64,000 bases of DNA, taken from Candidatus Omnitrophota bacterium (lineage in GTDB: Bacteria > Omnitrophota > Gorgyraeia > Zapsychrales > Zapsychraceae). This document shows positions 33,611-41,737 of this stretch, in pieces; the stretch's first letter is position 1; each line of letters starts with the position of its first letter. The DNA lies in assembly GCA_029261065.1 (NCBI GenBank), contig JAJDCB010000026.1:18715-82714 (forward strand), given 5' to 3'. The translations under genes and the position numbers were made by a program. Below the pieces are notes generated by a model. It saw only the letters and a list, made by a program, of their open reading frames with translations. It did no database searches and was not told the DNA's origin.

Positions 33611-33648
33611 TTCTACGCTCAAATACTTCCGTGTTTGAGCTACGAAGG
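33611..33648. repeat. Palindromic repeat family B copy 3 (ttctacGCTCAAA-N10-TTTGAGCtacgaagg)
   Basis: Starts 4 nt after tRNA-Leu. Confidence 0.6.
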
Positions 33649-33728
33649 ACAGGCCCTGCAAAGTTAAATATTTTAAGTATTTGATTTTGTAGGGTATCTT
33701 ACGTTTTATGAAAAGACTAAAAATTTTT

Positions 33729-33785
33729 GGGCCTATAACTCAGTTGGTTAGAGTATCACAATGACATTGTGAGAGTCCGAGGTTC
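33729..33785 (+). pseudogene. tRNA-Val 5' fragment (57 nt, duplicate of the first two-thirds of the downstream tRNA-Val)
   Basis: Identical to tRNA-Val 33902-33958 except one base (ataactc vs atagctc). Diverges after GGTTC with no T-arm or acceptor partner. Confidence 0.5.
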
Positions 33786-33901
33786 TCCCGCCAATCTGGG
33801 TTTTTAATGATGTAGGCGGGACCCCGCATACCAGAAAAAGCAGAAATGCGGGGGAGCCCTAAGATAAGTTAAAAGATTTTTTGATAAATATATACATTTA
33901 T

Positions 33902-33978
33902 GGGCCTATAGCTCAGTTGGTTAGAGTATCACAATGACATTGTGAGAGTCCGAGGTTCGAGCCCTCGTGGGCCCACCA
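33902..33978 (+). tRNA. tRNA-Val (GAC) with encoded CCA
   Basis: Acceptor GGGCCTA/TGGGCCC, anticodon loop ATGACAT, T-loop TTCGAGC, and 3' ACCA. Confidence 0.9.
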
Positions 33979-34118
33979 TTTTAGAAAAGAGGAGTTCTAC
34001 GGATGAGTGAAGACAAGCACGACGAAACGGAAATAGAGGCTCTGCTGATAGCAAAGGACGTAGAAAAAAAACATAAGTTGTTTTAAGAGCCAGAAATAAA
34101 AAGTTAAAACTTGTTTTA

Positions 34119-34304
34119 ATGTTAGAACCTTTTTTGGTTTTTGGCGTAATTTTTGCCGTTGTTGGTTTTGGAGAACATCTCGCTGTGGCTGCTGCCATTA
34201 TTTTTGTGATTTATGCCCGTATGTATGACCTGTCAAGCAAAGTTGATGCCCTTATTGATTTGTTGGGTGATGAAGAGTTAATAAAGAAAAAGCAAAACAA
34301 ATAA
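34119..34304 (+). CDS. Small hydrophobic protein (61 aa), possibly translationally coupled to thrS
   Basis: Two hydrophobic segments followed by a charged tail. Stop lies 4 nt before the thrS ATG. Confidence 0.3.
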   Translation: MLEPFLVFGVIFAVVGFGEHLAVAAAIIFVIYARMYDLSSKVDALIDLLGDEELIKKKQNK

Positions 34305-34308
34305 AGTT

Positions 34309-36039
34309 ATGGAATATAAAACAGATTTAGACAAATTAAGACACAGCTGCTCGCACGTCATGGCACAAGCGGTTAAGGAATTGTGGCCGGAGACGAAGGT
34401 GACGATTGGGCCGGCGATTGATAATGGGTTTTATTATGATTTCGATAAGGCCGATCCTTTTACAGATCTAGATTTGCGTAAGATTGAAAAGCGGATGAAG
34501 AAGATAATTGAGCGGAAACCAAAATTTCTTCATAGCACCATGGATCGCGATGAGGCGATTAAGCTATTTAAAGAAATGAAAGAAGATTATAAGATTGAGT
34601 TGATTGAAGGCTTGGGCGATGAGGAAATATCTATTTATAAAACAGGTGATGAGTTTTTAGACTTGTGTAAAGGTCCTCATATTGAGCATGCTGGAGAGAT
34701 TAAGGCTTTTAAGTTATTGTCGGTTGCTGGGTCCTATTGGCGAGGAGATGAGAAAAAAGCGCAGTTGCAACGAATTTATGGAACGGCATTTTTTTCTAAA
34801 GAAGAGTTAGATGATTTTTTACAAATAATGGAAGAAGCCAAAAAGAGAGATCATCGCAAATTAGGTGTTCAGCTTGACCTGTTTAATTTTTATCAAGAAT
34901 CCGCTGGGGCTGGACTTGTTTTTTATCATCCACCTGGAGCCTTACTACGAAAAATTATAGAAGATTATGTTAAAGAAAAACATTTAGAGTACGAATATGG
35001 TTTGGTTGTTACTCCTAACATTTTAAAGGGAAAACTTTGGGAAGAAAGTGGGCATTCGGAGCATTATCGGGAAAATATGTATTTTTTTGATGTTGATGGT
35101 GAGGAGTATGCTGTTAAACCGATGAATTGTCCGGGGCACATTTTAATTTATAAATCAAAAATTCGTTCTTATAGAGATTTACCTATCAAATATTTTGAAT
35201 TAGGAACTGTTTATCGTCAAGAAAAGACGGGCGTCCTGCACGGACTATTACGCGTAAGAGGATTCACCCAAGACGATGCGCATATTTTTTGTCGAGAAGA
35301 TCAAATTAAAAATGAAGTGATCAAGGTTATCAATTTTGTTTTTGAAGTCATGAAAGATTTTGGATTTAATGATATCAATATTGAATTAAGTACACGTCCG
35401 GAAAAATATATAGGAAGTTTGGAAGAATGGGATATCGCGACTAAGGCTTTGGAAGCTTCTTTAAAAGAGAAGGAAATGGTTTACGAAATTTATGATGGCG
35501 ACGGTGCTTTTTATGGGCCAAAAATTGATATTAAGCTAAAAGATGCCTTAAAACGAGAATGGCAATGTGCTACGATCCAATGCGACTTCTCTTTACCTGA
35601 AAGGTTTAAATTAAGTTACATTAATGAGGAAGGAACGGAGAGTCGGCCGATCATGATTCATAGGGCTATTTTAGGAAGCATGGAACGGTTTATCGGAACC
35701 CTTATAGAGCACTATGCTGGAGCCTTTCCGATGTGGCTGGCTCCCAGGCAGATCACAATTATCCCAATAAATGACGCACATAACGAATATGCAGCCCATG
35801 TAAAAGAATGTTTACAAAATGAGGGGTTGCGCGCTATAATTGACCAGCGAAACGAGAGCTTAAGTAAGCGAATTCGTGAGGGGACCGTTAGCAAGATTCC
35901 TTATTTGTTGATTATAGGTGACAAAGAGATTGCTGACAAAAAGGTTAGTGTACGAAAATATGGCCAAGGAGACGTAGGGTCTCTCTTAGCAGAGGAATTT
36001 GTTGCTAAGGCAAAAGAAGAAACGGCCAATAAAACTTAA
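34309..36039 (+). CDS. thrS: Threonyl-tRNA synthetase (lacks N-terminal TGS domain)
   Basis: Class II motifs (FRQEKTG...; GPKIDIKL...) and C-terminal anticodon-binding domain. At 576 aa it is shorter than typical ThrRS. Confidence 0.9.
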   Translation: MEYKTDLDKLRHSCSHVMAQAVKELWPETKVTIGPAIDNGFYYDFDKADPFTDLDLRKIEKRMKKIIERKPKFLHSTMDRDEAIKLFKEMKEDYKIELIEGLGDEEISIYKTGDEFLDLCKGPHIEHAGEIKAFKLLSVAGSYWRGDEKKAQLQRIYGTAFFSKEELDDFLQIMEEAKKRDHRKLGVQLDLFNFYQESAGAGLVFYHPPGALLRKIIEDYVKEKHLEYEYGLVVTPNILKGKLWEESGHSEHYRENMYFFDVDGEEYAVKPMNCPGHILIYKSKIRSYRDLPIKYFELGTVYRQEKTGVLHGLLRVRGFTQDDAHIFCREDQIKNEVIKVINFVFEVMKDFGFNDINIELSTRPEKYIGSLEEWDIATKALEASLKEKEMVYEIYDGDGAFYGPKIDIKLKDALKREWQCATIQCDFSLPERFKLSYINEEGTESRPIMIHRAILGSMERFIGTLIEHYAGAFPMWLAPRQITIIPINDAHNEYAAHVKECLQNEGLRAIIDQRNESLSKRIREGTVSKIPYLLIIGDKEIADKKVSVRKYGQGDVGSLLAEEFVAKAKEETANKT

Positions 36040-36054
36040 ATCAGGAGGTGCTTT

Positions 36055-36570
36055 ATTCAGAAGTTCATTCGAATCAATCAACGCATTAAGGCCCCAGAAG
36101 TTAGGGTTATAGGTCCGGAAGCAGAACAGTTAGGAGTGGTCCTTCTTAAAAGGGCTTTGGATCTTGCCAAGGAACACGAACTTGATTTGGTTGAAATTGC
36201 ACCCACGGCAAAACCTCCGGTTTGTCGGATCATGGATTACAGCAAATATAAGTACGACCAAGAGAAAAAAGAGCGGCGTGTTAAACGTAATCAGAAGGTT
36301 ACACAATTAAAACAATTACGTTTAAAACCTCATATTGATGGTAACGACTATCAAATCAAATTGCGACAAGCAATTGGGTTTTTAGAAAATAAAGATAAGG
36401 TCAAAGTTAACATGATGTTTAAAGGGCGCGAAATGTTGCATAAGGAGCTTGGACGAAATATTTTGGAACAAATGATTGTTGATTCAAAAGAATTTGGACA
36501 ACCAGAAAAATCTCCTTCCATGGAAGGCCGCGTTATGTCGATTGTGCTGGCTCCGATAAGTGCAAAGTAA
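36055..36570 (+). CDS. infC: Translation initiation factor IF-3, probable AUU start codon
   Basis: In-frame extension upstream of the track ORF encodes the IF3 N-terminus (IQKFIRINQRIKAPEVRVIGPEAEQLGVV...). AGGAGG at 36043-36048 is followed by ATT at 36055. No ATG or GTG precedes the conserved N-terminus. Confidence 0.75.
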   Translation: MQKFIRINQRIKAPEVRVIGPEAEQLGVVLLKRALDLAKEHELDLVEIAPTAKPPVCRIMDYSKYKYDQEKKERRVKRNQKVTQLKQLRLKPHIDGNDYQIKLRQAIGFLENKDKVKVNMMFKGREMLHKELGRNILEQMIVDSKEFGQPEKSPSMEGRVMSIVLAPISAK

Positions 36571-36658
36571 AGAAACGATTTTTTTAAACACAGGTCTCTA
36601 GATGCTTTTTGCGATAGAGGAAAAGAAGAAACGGTAACGGCTAGAAAGGACACTTAAG

Positions 36659-36856
36659 ATGCCTAAATTAAAAACAAATAGATCAGCTGCCAAGCGCTTT
36701 AAAATTACAAAAAGTGGTAAGCTAAAAAAAAGAAGTGCACGACGAGGTCATATATTGAGTAAAATGACACGCAAAGCAAAAAGAAAATTGCGGTCAAGTA
36801 GTTATGTCTCTGATGCAGATGCAAAGAAGATAAGGAGGTTGTTGCCTTATGGTTAG
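36659..36856 (+). CDS. rpmI: 50S ribosomal protein L35
   Basis: MPKLKTNRSAAKRFKITKSGK... Confidence 0.9.
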   Translation: MPKLKTNRSAAKRFKITKSGKLKKRSARRGHILSKMTRKAKRKLRSSSYVSDADAKKIRRLLPYG

Positions 36857-37217
36857 AATTAGAGGTGCCATGGCGGCACAAAAAAGAAAAAAAAGAATCC
36901 TTAAAGATGCAAAGGGACAGTTTGGACACAGAAGCACGCGGTATCGCCAAGCAATACGTTCAGTTGTTAAGGGTTTAGCTTATCAATTTCGCGACCGAAA
37001 AGTAAAAAAACGTGAATTCCGACGTCTTTGGATTATTCGTATTAATGCGGCTTGTCAAGAGCAGGGAATAAATTATAGTCGGTTTATAAATGGTTTAGCT
37101 AAAGCGGAAGTTGGAATCGACCGGAAAATGTTAGCGGACTTAGCTATACATTCCCCCGAAGTTTTTAACAAACTCGTTGAGGTATCCAAGGAAGCACAAA
37201 CAGAAAAAGCAAAATAA
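36849..37217 (+). CDS. rplT: 50S ribosomal protein L20
   Basis: MVRIRGAMAAQKRKKRILK... Confidence 0.9.
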   Translation: MVRIRGAMAAQKRKKRILKDAKGQFGHRSTRYRQAIRSVVKGLAYQFRDRKVKKREFRRLWIIRINAACQEQGINYSRFINGLAKAEVGIDRKMLADLAIHSPEVFNKLVEVSKEAQTEKAK

Positions 37218-37255
37218 TTTTGTTTCACATTATTATTTGTAGTTATAAATGGTAT

Positions 37256-37290
37256 AGGGCCCTAATTTTAGGGCCCTGTTTATTTTTGGA
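37256..37290 (+). terminator. Rho-independent terminator after rplT
   Basis: aGGGCCC-taatttta-GGGCCCt stem-loop followed by GTTTATTTTT. Confidence 0.7.
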
Positions 37291-37332
37291 TTCCTTCTTT
37301 TACATAAAAGATAACTAGTATAAAATGTCACT

Positions 37333-38679
37333 ATGAAAATTATAATTGTTGGTGCGGGACGTATTGGAAAAAATTTGGCAAGAGCTTTATCTGATGAAGA
37401 TAACGAGGTGTATCTTATAGAAAAAAATGAAGATATAGGACGCAAGATTGCCGATAAACTTGATATAAAAGTTATTGTGGGCAATGGCGCCGATCCCGAC
37501 ACTCTTCATAAAGCCTCCATTGAGGAAGCTGATTTAGTTTTGGCTGTTACAACCTCAGATGAAACAAACCTTGTTGTATGTTCCTTGGCTGCAATGCTGG
37601 GAGCAAAACGACGCATTGCGCGCGTTCGTAATACAGCGCTTAGTACGATATTACAGTTTTCTGAAGATAATATTTTCAAAATAGATGAAATTATTAATCC
37701 TGAGTTAGTCGCGGCACAAACCATTGTTAAAACCATCGAAACTCCAGGGGCAAGTGAGGTCGCCGATTTTGCTGATGGACGGTTACTCCTAAGGGGTTTT
37801 GACATTTCTGAAACCTCTTCGATGTGTGGTATGAAAATGGTTGATTTTAGCGACGAAGATTTTCCATGGCCTTTTTTGATTGTCTCTATTGTACGAAATG
37901 AAACAGTCTTAATACCCAAAGGTGACACATCTATTGAAGCCGGCGATCTTATTTATGCTCTTCTTCCAGACCAATCGTTGGCAGAATTCCTATCCTTTGT
38001 AGATCCCAAAGTTAAAAAAGCAAAAAAAGTTGTTATTTATGGAGCGACGATTATTGGTAAAGAAGTAGCTCGTTCGCTTTCTAAAAAGATGAGAGATATC
38101 ATTTTATTAGAAGAAGATCCGGAAAAAGCACGAGAGGTTGCTGGTGAACTTACAGATGTCCGTGTCATTAATGGTTCTCCATCAGATACAGAAATTATGA
38201 TTGAATGTGGGATGGAGGCAACAGATGCCTTTATTGCCACCTCCGATAATGATCATTCAAATCTTATTAGCGCTGTGTTGGCTAAAAAACTAGGAGCAAC
38301 AGAGACGATTATTTCAACGGAACAGCCCGATTATTTAGCTATAGTTCACGATTTAGATATAGATGCCATTGTTAATCCTCATCATGCTGCCGTTGAACAA
38401 ATTTTACATTTGGTTCGAGGAAAAGGCATTAACACCGTTGCCCGAATGTTAGAGTGCGATGCCGAGGCCTTGGAATTTGTTACGGAAGAAGAGTCCCCAA
38501 TTACAAAAGACGTGTTAAAAAATTTAAAATTTCCAAAACATTGTATTGTCGGAGCTGTTTACGGGAGTGATGGCCTTTCTTTAGCTAATGGGGAGACTCA
38601 CGTTAAGGTTGGAGATAAGGTGATTGCTTTTTGTCAACAATCCGAAATAAAGAAGTTTCAAAAAATGTTTTCACGCTAG
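37333..38679 (+). CDS. trkA: Trk K+ uptake protein TrkA (tandem RCK/NAD-binding domains)
   Basis: KIIIVGAGRIGKNLAR and a second VVIYGATIIGKEVAR Rossmann motif. Confidence 0.85.
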   Translation: MKIIIVGAGRIGKNLARALSDEDNEVYLIEKNEDIGRKIADKLDIKVIVGNGADPDTLHKASIEEADLVLAVTTSDETNLVVCSLAAMLGAKRRIARVRNTALSTILQFSEDNIFKIDEIINPELVAAQTIVKTIETPGASEVADFADGRLLLRGFDISETSSMCGMKMVDFSDEDFPWPFLIVSIVRNETVLIPKGDTSIEAGDLIYALLPDQSLAEFLSFVDPKVKKAKKVVIYGATIIGKEVARSLSKKMRDIILLEEDPEKAREVAGELTDVRVINGSPSDTEIMIECGMEATDAFIATSDNDHSNLISAVLAKKLGATETIISTEQPDYLAIVHDLDIDAIVNPHHAAVEQILHLVRGKGINTVARMLECDAEALEFVTEEESPITKDVLKNLKFPKHCIVGAVYGSDGLSLANGETHVKVGDKVIAFCQQSEIKKFQKMFSR

Positions 38680-38705
38680 AACACCTCACCAAAAAATATT
38701 AAGAT

Positions 38706-40160
38706 ATGCATAAAAGATTTGTCGTCAACATTATTTCTCGCGTTTTATTGTTTGTCTGCTTTATCATGCTCATTCCTCTTGGTTGGGCCATGTCAGATGA
38801 CATCCATCATCCAGAAGTTAATGCGTTTATCCTTACAATCATCATTGGTACCATTATTTCAACAGTTTGTTTATGGAATCTTCGTATCAAAAAAGGGGAT
38901 TATAAAAAGCTAAACACAAAAGATGGACTGGCCATTGTGGGAATTTCATGGATTGTTCTATCTCTGTTTGGTGCTTTGCCTCTTTATTTTAGCGGAGTTG
39001 TAAATGGATATACAGATGCCTTTTTTGAAATTGCTAGTGGATTTACGACGACAGGGGCAACGATTTTTGAGGATATTGAAGCCCTACCTCATGGGATCCT
39101 CTTTTGGAGAAGTTTGACGCATTGGTTAGGAGGCATGGGTATTATTGTTCTCTATATTGCGTTATTGCCGGCTTTAGGTGGAAACGCATCTCAACTATAT
39201 AAGGCTGAGGTCCCCGGTTTATCTGTTGAAAGAATTGAGCCTCGCATTAAGGAAACGGCGAAACATTTATGGGGTATTTATTTTTTCCTATCCCTTATGG
39301 AAACAATTCTCCTTATGGCTGGGGGAATGCCCATTTTTGACGCGTTATGTCATACTTTTTCAACGATGGCAACGGGAGGTTTTTCAACAAAAAATGCAAG
39401 TATAGGAGCGTATAGTCCCTATATTCAATGGGTCATTACAGTCTTTATGTTTTTTGCTGGAATGAATTTTATTTTGCATTATCAACTGTCTCGAGGAAAG
39501 CTTAAGGCTATTATTCGAAATGAAGAATTTAAAATTTATTTTTTTGCAGCGATTATTGTGTCAACGTTGTTCGGCTTTCTCCTTAGCCGACTTGAGATGA
39601 GTGAAAGCCCTTTTAGAGATGCCTTCTTTCAGGTAATCTCAATTTTGACAACGACAGGATTTGGAACAACAGACTTTGAGGCGTGGCCATATTTATTACA
39701 ATTTATTTTGGTTTTGATGATGTTTGTGGGTGGTTGTGGAGGTTCAACGGGTGGTGGCATGAAAATTGTTAGGGTTTATTTATCTGTAAAAATTGGATTA
39801 AGTTCTATTTTCCAGGTCTTGTTTCCAAACGCCGTTATTCCGATTAAGTTTAATAAAAAGCCTATACCTGATAAATTGGTCATGACGGTCATGTCGTATT
39901 TTGTTTTATACATCCACCTTTTTTTCGTAGGTACGATTCTGTTTCTTATCCTTGAATCTTGTGATATTATAACGGCCTTGACTGCTTCTGTTTCAGCCAT
40001 TAGTAATATCGGTCCAGGACTTGGACAAATCGGACCGACGGACAATTTTGCCTGGGTTTCAGCCCCGGGTAAATGGTTATTAACATTTTTGATGCTTGCC
40101 GGACGCCTTGAGTTTTACGCCATTATGATGTTGTTTGTTCCCTCTGCATGGAGGAAGTAA
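38706..40160 (+). CDS. trkH: Trk-type K+ transporter membrane subunit TrkH
   Basis: Repeated selectivity-filter-like TTTG/TTGF motifs in a 484-aa polytopic protein. Confidence 0.85.
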   Translation: MHKRFVVNIISRVLLFVCFIMLIPLGWAMSDDIHHPEVNAFILTIIIGTIISTVCLWNLRIKKGDYKKLNTKDGLAIVGISWIVLSLFGALPLYFSGVVNGYTDAFFEIASGFTTTGATIFEDIEALPHGILFWRSLTHWLGGMGIIVLYIALLPALGGNASQLYKAEVPGLSVERIEPRIKETAKHLWGIYFFLSLMETILLMAGGMPIFDALCHTFSTMATGGFSTKNASIGAYSPYIQWVITVFMFFAGMNFILHYQLSRGKLKAIIRNEEFKIYFFAAIIVSTLFGFLLSRLEMSESPFRDAFFQVISILTTTGFGTTDFEAWPYLLQFILVLMMFVGGCGGSTGGGMKIVRVYLSVKIGLSSIFQVLFPNAVIPIKFNKKPIPDKLVMTVMSYFVLYIHLFFVGTILFLILESCDIITALTASVSAISNIGPGLGQIGPTDNFAWVSAPGKWLLTFLMLAGRLEFYAIMMLFVPSAWRK

Positions 40161-40181
40161 TTTTAGCCCTAGGAGAAAGAA

Positions 40182-41192
40182 GTGACGTGGAATTTTTCAG
40201 AAATTAATCAAGATGTTGATAAGGATATCGAAAGCGTTGTTGATCAGAAAACGTTAGAAGACTTTCGAATTAAATATCTTGGTCGTAAGGGGTTGGTTCA
40301 AAAAATCTTTGCCTCTCTTGGTACCCTTTCAAAGGAAGAGAAACCGATTGTCGGTAAAGATTCAAATATATTAAAGAATCGTTTATCCTCGTTGCTGGAG
40401 CAAAAGCAAAAAGAGATTGCAAATAAAAAAAGCAACGCTGGCAAAACCAAACTGGATGTAAGTCTACCAGGAGTTTCTTTTGCTTCCGGTCACACACACT
40501 TAATTTCACAAACTATTGAAGAGATTTGCGATATTTTTGAAAAATTGGGCTTCATTGTTGAAGAAGGGCCGGAAATCGAAACAGAGCATTATAATTTTTC
40601 AGCCCTTAATATACCTGCCAATCACCCCTCGAGAGATGGATTCGACACTTTTTATCTTAACGCCCCTGATCCAAAAGAAAAAGGAGTTAATCTGTTATTA
40701 CGCAGTCATACTTCTCCGGGACAAATTAGAATCATGGAAGAGCATAAACCACCGTTGGCTGTGATTATCCCTGGAAAGGTTTATCGTCCAGACGCCGTTG
40801 ATGCTAGTCACTCCTTTATGTTCCATCAAATCGAAGGGCTGTTAATTGATAAAGACATCAAATTTTCGCATCTTAAAGGACTTTTAAGTGCCTTTTGCAA
40901 ACGTCTTTTTGGTGATAAAATAGAAATGAGATTTCGACCTCATTTTTTTCCCTTCACAGAGCCTTCAGCCGAAGTTGACATCTCCTGGGCTCAAGGAAAA
41001 AAAACGTGGTTGGAAATTATGGGTTGCGGTTTGGTTCATCCAGCTGTTTTTAAGGCCGCAGGATACCCTAAGGGAAAGTATACAGGGTTGGCTTTTGGTT
41101 TGGGTGTTGAAAGAATTGCGATGTTAAAGTACGGCATTAAAGACATAAGAACTTTTTATGAAAATGATGATAGGTTTTTAAAACAATTTTAA
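40182..41192 (+). CDS. pheS: Phenylalanyl-tRNA synthetase alpha subunit
   Basis: HPSRDGFDTFYL...FRPHFFPFTEPSAEVD...GLAFGLGVERIAM. Confidence 0.9.
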   Translation: MTWNFSEINQDVDKDIESVVDQKTLEDFRIKYLGRKGLVQKIFASLGTLSKEEKPIVGKDSNILKNRLSSLLEQKQKEIANKKSNAGKTKLDVSLPGVSFASGHTHLISQTIEEICDIFEKLGFIVEEGPEIETEHYNFSALNIPANHPSRDGFDTFYLNAPDPKEKGVNLLLRSHTSPGQIRIMEEHKPPLAVIIPGKVYRPDAVDASHSFMFHQIEGLLIDKDIKFSHLKGLLSAFCKRLFGDKIEMRFRPHFFPFTEPSAEVDISWAQGKKTWLEIMGCGLVHPAVFKAAGYPKGKYTGLAFGLGVERIAMLKYGIKDIRTFYENDDRFLKQF

Positions 41193-41194
41193 TT

Positions 41195-41230
41195 TAGGAA
41201 TTTCGAAGCTTTAGCGAAATTCCAGATTGG
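41195..41230. repeat. Intergenic hairpin repeat, family A copy 2
   Basis: TAGGAATTTCGAAGCTTTAGCGAAATTCCAGATTGG, followed by the shared CCTTTGATTATGAA start-codon context. Confidence 0.7.
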
Positions 41231-41245
41231 CGGATACCTTTGATT

Positions 41246-41737
41246 ATGAAAAATTTAATAAGATTATTAGTGTTAGTCGTATTTTTGGGGTCTTTTACAA
41301 GCGTCGTAGAGGCAAAAAGAGATAATGCCGAATATGAACAATTGGCCGAAAAAATAATTGATCGTGTAAAGGGTCTAAGAAAATATTATATTCATCTTGC
41401 TAAGATAGATGAGGGTGGAGAAATAGTAAAGAGAGACGACACATTTTGGATTGTTTTTAAGTACGAATACGGGACGAAATGGATTTCAAATCCAGAGTAC
41501 GATGTTTTTAAGTACAATGAAGATAGAGTAAGAGCCTTTGACAGGAATAAGGGAATTTATGTGCGCCTAGATTTTTTTAAAGGTCCATGGCTGGGAGACC
41601 CTAAGCTTCATCTAAGAAGCATTGAGGAGCTTAACATTACTGTTACCGTAGAAGGGCGTGATAAAGAAAGCATAAACAGGATTCGGCAAACGATATACGA
41701 CATCATTGCAGAAGAAAGGAAACTTATTAAACAATGA
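41246..41737 (+). CDS. Secreted hypothetical protein inserted between pheS and pheT
   Basis: Signal peptide (LIRLLVLVVFLGSFTSVVEA). Start taken at the ATG that follows repeat-derived TTGATT. No recognisable domain. Confidence 0.4.
   Translation: MKNLIRLLVLVVFLGSFTSVVEAKRDNAEYEQLAEKIIDRVKGLRKYYIHLAKIDEGGEIVKRDDTFWIVFKYEYGTKWISNPEYDVFKYNEDRVRAFDRNKGIYVRLDFFKGPWLGDPKLHLRSIEELNITVTVEGRDKESINRIRQTIYDIIAEERKLIKQ

Noticed and set aside
33729-33785. First tRNA-Val-like sequence as a functional tRNA
   Set aside because: No T-arm or acceptor 3' strand can be formed; treated as a partial duplicate.
33929-34198. Minus-strand 89-aa ORF
   Set aside because: Overlaps tRNA-Val and its flanks; the encoded 'GLEPRT' is the T-arm read antisense.
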